Source: Octopus sinensis
Taxonomy: Eukaryota
NCBI RefSeq assembly: GCF_006345805.1
Contig: NC_043007.1
Location: forward strand, 62,186,001 to 62,250,000
Direction of reading: 5' to 3'
DNA length: 64,000 nucleotides
Part shown: piece after piece, positions 53,212 through 64,000 of the stretch
Layout: every line of letters begins with the position of its first letter
How positions within the stretch are numbered: the stretch's first letter is position 1
Translations under genes and position numbers: made by a program
The notes under the pieces: generated by a model
What the model was told of the DNA's origin: nothing
Database searches by the model: none
What the model saw: only the letters and a program-made list of their open reading frames with translations

Positions 53212-54203
53212 CACATGCATGCATGTGTGTGTTTGTGTCTCCTTGTCTTGACATTATGTGATAGTCATAAATAATGTCTGCCATCTTATACAAGTGATGT
53301 CACTTGTTTACAATTTTCCATGACAACATGTACAGTCATAAGGAAATCTCATTTTACCTGGAAACAAGTGAAAATTACAGAGAGGAAGGGGCATCTAGTC
53401 ATAGAAAATTTGCCTCAACAAATTCTGGTTGACCTATGCAAGCATGGAAAGCAATGATGATGTATGAAATGGGGAGAGTAAATGAGTAAAAGGACAGAAA
53501 TACAGAGAAAAGGTGGCTAAGAAACACTGCACTATAGACTTAAAAAAAGAAAAGCTTTTTCAGCATAACCTTATGGTTTACAGGACATCTGTAAATAAGC
53601 AGAGTCTGAATAAAAAAATAATAAATAGCAAATTATGCAGAGGATTAATATTTATTTACTTATTTATGTTTTTTTTTTTTTTTTTTTTTTACTGAAGGAA
53701 GAAAAGAAACTATTTCAGAATAAAACTTTCATTGAGATAAATGTATAAATCACAGAATAATGATGTGTTAGAAGTATTCAAAACTATGGTTGCCCACTTT
53801 TTTTTTTACCCCTTAAATCTCAGTTCACAGTCCTGGTTGCTTTTATGCAAATATTTATTTATTTCAAAACATTCCAATAGGCACAGATGTAACTGTGTGC
53901 ATATAGGCATAGGCATGGCTGTGTAGTATCTTGGGTACATGTCTTCTACTATTGTCTCAAGTGAACCAAAGCTTTCTGAGTGGATTGGTAGACAGAAACT
54001 GAAAAGGAGCCCATCATGTGTATGTGTGTGTGTGTTCTGAGTTCAAATTATACTGAGGTTGACTCTACCTTTCATCCTTTCAGGGTCAATAAATTAAGTA
54101 CCACTGAAACACTAGGACTGATGTAATCAACTTCTCTAACTTGTCCCCTCCCACAAAATTTCAAGCCTTTTGCCTATAGTAGAAAGGATTATCATCATCA
54201 TCA

Positions 54204-54237
<34 letters not shown>

Positions 54238-54429
54238 CATTATTACATCAAGCTGACAGAATCATAAGCACACTGGACAAAATACTTGGTGGCATGTCAT
54301 TTCATTTTTACATTCTCAGTTCAAATCACTAAGTTTGACATTGTTTTCATTCTTTTGAGATAATAAAGTACCAGTAGAGCATTGGAGTTAAGGTAATCAA
54401 CTAATCCCTCCCTACTAAAATTTTAGACC

Positions 54430-54935
54430 TGTGCTGTTTGCCCAATATTTACAAGATAAAATGGTAAGATAAGATATCAAATGTCAAAATCTTAGAAAGA
54501 TGTGATATCTCTAGTATCAAAAGCATGCTATTGAGAATTCAGTGCCGATGGGTAGGACATGTTGTTTGGGTGAAAGATGATTACATCTGAAAATTCTTTT
54601 GTGAGATCAACAAGTAGAGAGATACAGTAGTAAAGGAAGGCCCATCCTTAGATATAAGGATAAGTTGAAGCAATCACTAAAATCTCTACAGTCTAGTTTG
54701 ACATCTTGGGAAAGTTATTGCCTAGATCAATTTGTATGACATAAAATGTGTCATGATGCATCAAAATAATTTCAGTTGAAGAAACAGAACATAAAAAGAA
54801 TTATATCCTACAATTGACAGATACATTTGCCCAATCCCAGAAAAAAATCAAAATCATCAGTGTCCCCATTGTGACTTCATAGCAAAATCCATATCTAGAC
54901 TCAAATTACATTCATGCATCCATCACAAATAGATG
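54430..54935 (+). mobile_element. Decayed RTE/BovB-like LINE 3' fragment
   Basis: Remnant KIKW*DKISNVKILERCDISSIKSMLLRIQCRWVGHV...GRPILRYKDKLKQSLK, with a C-terminal Cys/His remnant. Confidence 0.6.
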
Positions 54936-54999
54936 CAGCTTCTTTTATTTTTAAAGTTGTTTTTTTCTTTTTTCTTTTCTTTTTTTTAAAATCCTCTCC

Positions 55000-55965
55000 T
55001 CCAAATGCTCATATGTAAAAAGTGACAGGAGTGACCATCATTATTAATGGCCTAGAATTGAATCTAGGCATCAACAAGAACAGTCTGAGTAGTCTCTTCC
55101 AGAGGACCTTCAGGTCGAAGATCATGGATAATTTCCAAAAGTCTTTGGCTTGGCAGTGCTACAGAGGGGCATTGCCCATTCAAGACAAGTTCGTCAGGCA
55201 TGGAAGTATCAACAGCCAGACCTGCTTGAGATGCCTGCAAGAGGGCGAAACCGCCCTGCATGCAATAATTCAGTGTCCATGCATTAGAGAGTTGTGGGAT
55301 TGTATGGAGCAGCTGTTGCCAGGTGTAAGATGAATTCAGCTGGCTGCTGAGTGTACAGTGAAGATCGACGTACCACCTTCCCTTAACAAAGAAAGAAAGC
55401 AGATCTTTCTCTGCTTAGTGGCTGTGGCAAAAGAGGCTGTGTTATGGACCTGTCTGAAAGGTTTGAAGACAAGCACATTCCTATCTGGTCAAGCCCTCAT
55501 CAATTTCTTCAAATATCATTTGAAGAGGAAGGTGAGGGTAGAGAGGGAAGTGCTGCCTTCTAGTGTGTTATTCAAAAGGTGGTTGACAGTGGCAAGACTG
55601 GTAAGACTGAATGGATCTACTCTCAATAGGCTTTTCTAAGCAGGAGGAAAGAAACTGGAAAAGGGCACTTTCTCATGCCTTGGAGATGGCAGAGTAATCC
55701 AGGATTTTCGTGTTGGATTTACCTTGGATTACCCTAAGTGGACTGCCTTGCTATTGGGGATTCTATTTATTTACTTATTTATTTATTTCTCTACTTTCTA
55801 TTACACATCCTCTGTTACATCCTTTAATGTGTTAGTATCTCCTTTTGATTGATGTTAACCCCATATGTTTTTGCAGCTTTTGTAAAATTTTTTTGTGCTG
55901 TAACTCATCATTCAATATTGTTCTCCATGTCTTGGGCCCTTGTGACCAATAAAAGAAATCATTAC
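55000..55965 (+). mobile_element. L1/Tx1-clade LINE 3' end
   Basis: ORFs 55022-55333 and 55358-55639 carry a zf-RVT-like motif (LAWQCYRGALP...TCLRC..EGETALHAIIQCPCIRELW), followed by a 3' UTR ending in aataaaagaaa. Confidence 0.8.
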
Positions 55966-57447
55966 AACAACAACAACAATAATAATAAATGCCCTGATGC
56001 AGTACTAGACAGTGGTTCACATGGCTTCTGATCTTAACTGATTGGAAGTGTTATCATGTACATTGTTTTGTCTTGGTATAAAAGATGGGCTACAGCAAAT
56101 ATTCTGCTCAATACCACAGATTTGCTTCTCAGTTGTTTGACCTTAACCAGTTGCGCATGTCCCTTAGTGGCTGATGATATGTGCATCTCTGATCACAAGC
56201 AGAAGTAGTTGGGGAGCATCATAGTCATGTGTTGAGAGGGATTCTTTGGAATTTGAATAATTCACCTCTCGAAACATGGGTATTTCGTTCAACATCCTTA
56301 AACAACCCTTATTCAGGGACCTTTTGAGTGGAATGGGTTACTCGACTAGAAGAAAATTCTAACTGGGCCCCACCTGCAAGGTCATGTGCTGTTTATCTTG
56401 CTATGAGATCACCATGTCGTGCACATATGGTTGTGATGCATGTGCCTAGTGAACCCTTATCAGACGGGTAGTCATGATGGGTATACTGGGCTTCGTATAT
56501 TTTACTCCAGTGTCACTTTGATGGCATGTACTGCTCTCTCACTCAATAATAATAATAATAATAATAACACTTTCAATACAGTAACCAAGGCACACAGAGC
56601 TGCACTCGGTAGTGAAGTGAAAGCACACTATAAAAATAAAACTACTGAATGATAATAATAATAATAATTATCTTTAGTAGTAGTAGTAGTAGTAGTAGTA
56701 AAGCTGTAAGCTGGCTGGATCGTTAGCACACAGGACAAAATGCTTAGCAGTATTTCATCTGTCTTTACATCCTGAGTTCAAATTCAGCTGAAGTTGACTT
56801 TGCCTTTCTCCCTTTTGAGGTCGTTAAAATAAGTATCAGTTGAATACTGGTGTCAATGTAATCACTTAGCCTCCCCCCTAAAAATTTCAAGCCTTTAGTC
56901 TATAGTAGAAAGGAGGAGGATCATCATCATCAATTTTTGAGTACATACTTTGAAATATAGCAAAACAGTGTACTATTAAACATGTTTATCATTCAATACA
57001 AAATTCACAAGGGAATGCATAACATACAAACTAGAACAGCAAGAAGAGGGTGTAGCAAGTTACCATCACCTCATTCTACTAAACTTACCATGTGTGTGAC
57101 AGGGGGAGTGAGAGAAAGAGAACATTTAAACAGTAGGTCACCTATTGTTTAAAAACCAGGATAATGTGAATTCCTTAAGTTATGTCCCACTGATGCTACC
57201 ATGAGAAAATGGCATTAAAGTTCTCATGAAGAAGCAGAGGAGGAACAGGAGGTGGAGGAGAAGTAAAAGGAGAAGGATGAAGATGATAATGATAAAAATA
57301 CTCATAGCAATTTATATATTCCCTAGATGGCAAGGGGTGAGATAAAAGTGTGTCACAATGAAGGTTTGAAAAACAAGCCTAAGCAGAAGAATAAATACTT
57401 TTATAGAAATACAATACCTTAAGGCCTATACATTTAAATGTGTGAGC

Positions 57448-57481
<34 letters not shown>

Positions 57482-57877
57482 ATATATATTTATGCTGTTT
57501 TCGTGGATACTCATGACTATCTCTCACCAGGAGTTTGAGTTATAGTGATTCTTTCAATAGCTGATTACACAACCCTATGGATGTATTGCAGTTGCTCTCT
57601 TATTAGGGCTTTCTGATCCTGACCGTTGATCTTCTCAGATTCCTTCATTCAGCATCAACGTGAGAACAACTGTTGGCTCATCTGAGCTCTTCTTCCTCTT
57701 CACAATCCACCCTGTTGCAGTCCCATGAATTCACCATATCCCTGGTAGGGTGGCTGAACAGGTGCTATGCCTTGCCAAAGGGCAGCCTGTAACTATGCAG
57801 GGCATGGTCACTATTCTGTGAGATATTTTCAAAATATCTTCATACCCAAATCAAAATACATGGATACTCAATGTATG

Positions 57878-57908
<31 letters not shown>

Positions 57909-58053
57909 ATCGATTCATTTTGCAAGATTCCTGAGGTGAAATCATGTGTTGAAACAGATATTGTTGTATTTCGAGAAGGTCATTTTATTTTTACCAAATA
58001 AACACATGTGCTATATACTTTTTATTCAATCGTTTATTACTGTTCTTATTTTA

Positions 58054-58345
58054 CATTATTTACATTTGACAGATATTTGTCCTCATCCTGTTTGTTGTTA
58101 GCACAACATTTCAGCTGACATATCCTCTAGCCTTCATCAGGTGTCTTGGGGAAATTTTGAACCTGAGTTCTCATTCTAAGGTATTATTATTATTCAGGTC
58201 ACTGCCTGGAATCGAAGTTGAAATCTTGGGGTTAGTAGCCCAAGCTCTTAACCACTATGCCATATACCTGTGGGTCCCTGATGAAGGCTGGATGGTATAT
58301 CAGCCTAAATGTTGTATTAACAAATATCCGTCAAATGTAAATAAT
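58054..58345 (-). mobile_element. tRNA-headed element with hammerhead-like 3' tail and an inverted copy of the tail
   Basis: Arms 58054-58141 and 58277-58345 are inverted repeats, each with CTGATGA-aggct..agc(c/t)-(G/T)AAA. A tRNA-like A box, B box and anticodon arm lie between them (58208-58262, minus). Confidence 0.6.
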
Positions 58346-59304
58346 ATACATAATTCCTCATCTCTTAAATATAGAACTGTATGTTCTTATTTTGTTATTT
58401 TAACTTATGTCTGGAAATCTTTCATCACACATCTGTAACCTCTTCAGTGACACTTTTTGTTTTCGTGTGTGTTCTTGCTCCACTTACACCATTCTTTTCT
58501 TGTAAGATGTGTATCCTCATGTGCACATGCATGTGTATCCTTGTCTGTGTGTGCGCACGCATGTGTGTGTGTGTGTATCATAGTTTTTAGCAGCAGTGTG
58601 GCCTTTCACTCCATTGTGCTGCTGCTGTCCTAAGACCTGCAAAAAAAACGGTACAGTTCTTGTATTCCTCTGTGTATGTGTGTTCACCCACGGTGTTGCC
58701 ATTGTGGAAGTTGTTTTTGCTATTGCCATCGTAGACACCGCCACTACTGCTGACTGTGTTAGTTGAAGTTTCATGTGTGTGTGTGTATGTAGGGGTTCGC
58801 ATCATAGTGCATGTGTTTATTTGGCAAGAAAAAGAAATGACAATCCTGAAATACAACATATATATACATATGTATGTATCAGATGTGGTGTGCAAGAGAG
58901 ACAACTGCACTGGTATGGTCATGTGATGCATATGGATGAAGGCAACTGTGCAAAGAAGTGCCGATTTCTAATTATGGAGTGAATCTGTGGTAGAGGTAGG
59001 CCCAAGAAGACATGGGATGAGGTGGTGAAGCATGATCTTTGAGCCTCACAGAGGCAATGACTGGTGATCAAGATCTGTGCTTGAGAGGATCCATCAAGCC
59101 AAGTGCACCTGTGCCAGTGGCATGTAAACACACTCCAGTGTCACAGAAACGGCACCTGTGCCAGCGGCATGCAAAAGCACCTATTACAACCAGCCAAATC
59201 AGACAGGAGTGTGGTGCATGCCAGCCCAGTCAAACTGTCAAACCCATTTCAGCATGGACAATGAACATTAAATGATGATGATAATATATATATATGTGTG
59301 TATG

Positions 59305-59336
<32 letters not shown>

Positions 59337-59877
59337 GTGATAATGACAATAATCCTTGGATGGAATTTATAAATATTTTAATGCATTGCTATGCATATTT
59401 CCACAAATCACAGTCTCTGAAGATCACAGACCACATTCCTGCGATAATTACAGTGTAGTCCATAGTATCTGTGGCCATCAAGTAGATCATCTTCATGGAT
59501 TCATTTCTTCAAGCGATATTTATACTATAATGGAGAAAGCTGCTTATTAATTAGGTATGTAACAATTACTAAAAGTACTAAAAGAAAGCAATATTAAAAG
59601 CTTGACTGTCTGGAAATATATTTATAAATTCATGATCTAAGAAATTGCCTATAATTTTGATTTCTGAAGTTTGAATCTTTTTAATTCCAAATTCTCACAA
59701 ATTTAAATATTCACTGCATTCAATTCGTCATGAATTTAAATATTCATTGCATTCACTACAGAGTAGATTTCAATGTTTAATAAGCACTATTAATTTGTTG
59801 CAGGCAACATTTTATGTTTTTATTTACAACAGTCTCTCATTCTCACTTGCCTCTATTTTCATTAATGATAATTCAAT

Positions 59878-60390
59878 GATAGCTATATAACTTTGATACA
59901 AGGCACAATTTCCAGAATATTATCAGTTTCCAGAGTTTGTTAAATGAATATTTTTGATAAAATGAAAATTCTTTAATATACCAGTGTAATTTTTTTTTAA
60001 TGAAGAAGTAATTTTGTTGATATAGCTACTTGGAATGCTATAAGCCTTACAATAATAACTATGTGATTGCTGCTATTTCTAGCATGCTAAATGAGATAGA
60101 TTTTAACGAGCTTTCACATATATGATTTTTGCATTTCATGCTTGCACTATATAGCTGTACAACTTTGATACAAGGCACAATTTCAAGAATACTATCAGTT
60201 TCTGGAGTTGTTTAAATGAATATCTTTGATAAGATGAAGATTCTTTAATATACTGGTATAATTTTTTTTTAAATGAAGAAGTGATTTTGTTGGTATGGCT
60301 ACTTGGAACGCTATAGGCCTTATGATAATAAATATATGATCGCTGCTATTTCTAGCATGCTAAAAAACATAGTTTTTCATGAGCTTTCAT
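59878..60390 (+). repeat. About 270-bp tandem duplication upstream of the Helitron fragment
   Basis: tagct..aactttgatacaaggcacaattt..tgctgctatttctagcatgctaaa..gagctttca occurs at about 59880-60118 and 60150-60390 with scattered substitutions. Confidence 0.8.
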
Positions 60391-60539
60391 TTATATATAA
60401 TATGTGACCGAAAAAGGAAATTTAGCAGGAAAGGCACAATGGCAGAAAGAAAGACAGGCAACTGAGTAAAGTCAGGGTAAAGTGACTGAAACAGATGCCT
60501 AAATATGCACAGAAATGTAGACATGATTCTGTTTCCGCT

Positions 60540-61434
60540 ACACATGACCAACTGGTTAGGGTATCTCAAGAGGAGAATTTCTACTTCAAAATAATGGTGT
60601 CAGATCACAAATTGTTGATGCAAAACTAAAGAGATCTTTTCTTTGTAATCATGTGGAAGTAGTGGAGTTGACAACCAATCTAAGACTTCTTACAGAAGGT
60701 CATTCTGATGAGAGTTTGCTAATTACCTTCTTGATGTAGGAAATGGTAACATTTCTGTTGAACAAAGCCTAGGTGAATTCAGAATCAAACTACCCAATGA
60801 TCCTTGCCTTGAAAGTGGTACGCTTTCAGATCCATTGTTACTCCAACAAATGAAGCAGCACAATTTGTGAATGATTTTCGGTTGACCAGGATCCCTGGTG
60901 AGCTAAAAATATACAGAAGCTCAGATACAATAGATAATGAAACTCTGTACTCAATCGAGTTCATCAACAAACTTACACCATCAGAGGTTTCCACTACATA
61001 CTCTCAAACTGAAGGAAAAAATGATGCTTCTGAGAAATTAAGATGCTAATAATGGACATTGCAATGGCACACATTACATCATTATCAGTTTACATGATCG
61101 TGTTATTGAGGCTGAGGTTGCTTCTGGTCCTTATGCAGGATCAACTCTGATAATCCCAACAATACCACATGTATCTCAAGAAATGGAATTTCCATTTACA
61201 TTCACATGCAAACAATTTCCTGTCAAGCCAGCTTTTGCCTTGATGTGCAACAAGGCACATGGACAGACTTTTGGACAAATTGGAATATATCTTCCAACAC
61301 AATTCTTTCCACATGGTCAGCTGTATGTTGCATTATCTAGAGTTCAAAAGAAAGCTAATGTAAAACTATTGGCTGAGAGAAATGGAAACAGTATGCTTAA
61401 CGACAATTGTGTCTACAAGGAGATACTTCTTTAA
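60540..61434 (+). mobile_element. Helitron RepHel (PIF1 helicase) C-terminal fragment
   Basis: MLLRN..GHCNGT, LIIPTIP, KQFPVKPAFALMCNKAHGQTF, GIYL..F.HGQLYVALSRV and N.VYKEIL*. Confidence 0.9.
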
Positions 61435-61819
61435 AGCAAAATATGCTTTTTAGCAAGTTTCAGTAAATAGAATTAACACATAAATTATATATAAAGTAAC
61501 ATATATTTGTGTGGAATTAAATTGTTTTGGTATATTTCAATACATACCAAATAAATGATAGTTATATTAGATCATTTTAAATTTGGGTATATTTGAAAAA
61601 GTAAGGAAACATCATTCCCATGTGTTCTCATAGCACCAGACTTTTGTATGTGTGAGTATGTGTATAAACACCCACCCACCCACTCACTTACCTATGCACA
61701 CCTATGTAAATTCTACCCACTATTAATGATAAATATATATAACAGACTGACTCTTTAAAAAAGAGAGATTATGACTGATAAAAGCAATATTTACTTAGCA
61801 AGCAAGCACTATTATACAA

Positions 61820-62190
61820 AGAAACAAGACCACTCAGAGAGCACAAACCTCTGCCATGGCAACACCAACATTCTCTCAATGATTAGCCAGAGATTATTTT
61901 TAAAATGAAAATACCTGAAATAAACTCAACTGCTCTCACAAACAAGAATACTAAAAATGAACCCGACCGCTCTCAAAAATTAAGTAAAAAAAACAGGAAA
62001 AATAATCCAGAATCCTTGTCTAGTACCAGATTGATCCCAAAGTCTAATCTGTTCATGCCAGTCACGAGGCCAAACATCCCTGAAAATTTCATCCAAATCC
62101 ATCCAGCAGTTTTTGAAATATCTTGTTCACAAACAAACAAACACAACTGAAAACAATACCTCCACCTTCATTATGACAGCGGTAATAATT
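61820..62190 (+). mobile_element. Helentron/DINE-like non-autonomous element
   Basis: aaatttcatccaaatcc...(acaa)n..gaaaacaatacctcc..gcggtaa architecture, typical of DINE/HINE elements. Confidence 0.5.
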
Positions 62191-62754
62191 AGAGGTAAAA
62201 TATCATAAAAATTATTAGAATTGGGAATCAATTGTGGAAATAGTATCTAGTGGCTAGCAGAAAATCGCCTGGAGGGCAGTCTTTCTGCTCGTAGCAATAA
62301 TGAATGTTTAACTGAGGATTGTTTATCCATGTTGACCAGTGAGAAGGTTGATTGAGTTATGTGGATATTTCTGAGTGTATTTGGTGGGGAAGAGAGGAAT
62401 GTGAAGAAAAGAGAGGAAGGAATGGTAGTTATATGGGGATGGATTCCACCACCATCATCATAAACAACCATTGTTGCTTTTATGTCCACATTTCCCATAC
62501 TGGAATAGATCAGATGAGACTTACTGAGGCAGTATTCTATGACTTGATGCCCTTCTTGTCACCAAACTTTACCGCTTTTCCAAGTAAGGTATTGTATTCC
62601 ATTAGTCTTCACACATTGAAACTACTGAACCAGAAGATGTATTATTTACAGATGTAAATCTGGCATCAGTCTCACACACACATGTATGTATATACATGCT
62701 TGCATAAATTCATGTGTGTATGTGTATGTGTGTGTGTGTGCGTCTGTCTGTCTG

Positions 62755-62796
<42 letters not shown>

Positions 62797-62804
62797 GTAT
62801 GTGA

Positions 62805-63452
62805 GCTGTGACTCCTGAGGACATGCAAAAGCTTGAGAGAAATGAAGCCAGTATGCTCCACTGGATGAATAATGTCAGCATGCATATGCAACAGAGTGTA
62901 AGTGATTTGAGGGAAAAACTGGGTATCAGATGTAGCATGCAAGAGAGAAAATTGAGCTAGTATGATCATATTATGTGTATGGATGAAGACAGTTGCATCA
63001 AGAAGTGCCAGTCTCTATTTATGGAGGAAATATGTGGAAGGGGTAGACTCAGGAAGATGTGGGATGAAGTGGTGAGAAAGGATCTTCAGATGTTGGGCCT
63101 CACAGAAGGGATGACAGGGGAACAAGACTTCTGGTAGTTTGCTGTGCTTGAGAAGACACATCAAACTAATACATGGTCATCTTTGCATACAAGAATGTCT
63201 TTTGCATCCCTTTCCAGTTGAGAGCTTCTAATCTTGTGAGCTTGTAGGTTCTGGTGCCATGTAGAAGCACTCATGCTGGTGCTGTGTAAAGGCACCCGGT
63301 ACACTCTGTAAAGTGGTTGGCATTAGGAAGGGCATCCAGCTGTAGAAACCTTGCCAAAACAGACATGGAGCCTGGACAGCTCCTCAGCTGGCCGGCCTCT
63401 ATCAAACTGTCTAATCCATGCCAGCATGGAAAACGGATGTTAAATGATGATG
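62805..63452 (+). mobile_element. RTE LINE 3' fragment; similar fragments at about 5150-5440 and 58870-59280
   Basis: AVTPEDMQKLERNEASML..GRGRLRKMWDEVVRKDL-like remnants and the shared tail ccatgccagcatggaaaacggatgttaaatgatgatg. Confidence 0.8.
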
Positions 63453-63498
63453 ATGTATATACATAAATACTTGCGTGTGTGTGTGTGTGTGTGTGTGA

Positions 63499-63550
<52 letters not shown>

Positions 63551-64000
63551 CTTCTTTTTGTAACATATTTCTACTATATATATATATATATATAATACTT
63601 TCTTTTTGTAACATATTTCTACTATATATATATATATATATAGTTCATCCCCAAAAAAACAAAGAAAAACACAAGAAAACAACAACAACACGAGGACATG
63701 GTGCAAGCAAAGTATTAAAAGACACTCAAGGAAGCAAAGAAAGGGTGCTTTATGTTTTGAGCAAAGCTCTTCTTCGGAAACAGGAGACAGAGGAAAGTCC
63801 AAGAGAAAAAGAAGAGAGAGGAAAAAAAATCACCAACAATCCACATGTAGTTATATATGCTTCTATACTGCTTGTGTGTGTGTACACACACATATATATC
63901 ATGTAATATGACCGACTTTTGTTTAGGTTCTGCTTACCAATTTCATTTACAAAGCATTATTGGTCAACTGAAAGTTAAGTCACTTGTCCAAAGAGTCATG

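Noticed and set aside
57089-57141. Possible minus-strand exon (aatag|GTGACC...CACATG|gtaagt)
   Set aside because: The donor is good, but the acceptor is weak and no frame resembles GDPGP1.
61183-61434. Host PIF1 helicase gene
   Set aside because: It is intronless, frameshifted and fragmentary, with a Helitron-type C-terminus (N.VYKEIL), so it is treated as a Helitron relic.

Overview
AT-rich, repeat-dense animal DNA, most likely from an octopus. The evidence is tRNA-headed SINE families, RTE LINEs with (CAT)n tails and dense TA/CA microsatellites. Most ORFs in the supplied track are spurious repeat ORFs. By manual splicing I reconstructed two host genes on the minus strand. One is a complete four-exon NPC2/ML-domain gene (18299->2740, 152 aa, six conserved Cys). 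The other is the last two coding exons of a GDP-D-glucose phosphorylase (GDPGP1) gene (51164->49270), whose upstream exons appear to lie outside the window. The remainder is nested transposon material: RTE, L1/Tx1, R4-like, CR1-like, Gypsy and Penelope-like retroelements; mariner, hAT, Chapaev3, piggyBac-type, Merlin-like and Helitron DNA elements; and three SINE families. The most unusual signals are several minimal type-I hammerhead ribozyme-like motifs. One lies in a tRNA-headed element with an inverted hammerhead arm (about 58050-58345), a candidate Penelope-dependent SINE or retrozyme. Another, with a long stem II, lies in each unit of a near-perfect 961-bp tandem duplication (about 20478-22425). 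The best-preserved RTE LINE also carries a PHD-finger-like Cys/His module inside its RT. Repeat boundaries are approximate unless TSD or TIR coordinates are given. No database searches were run, and family assignments are from motif recognition.
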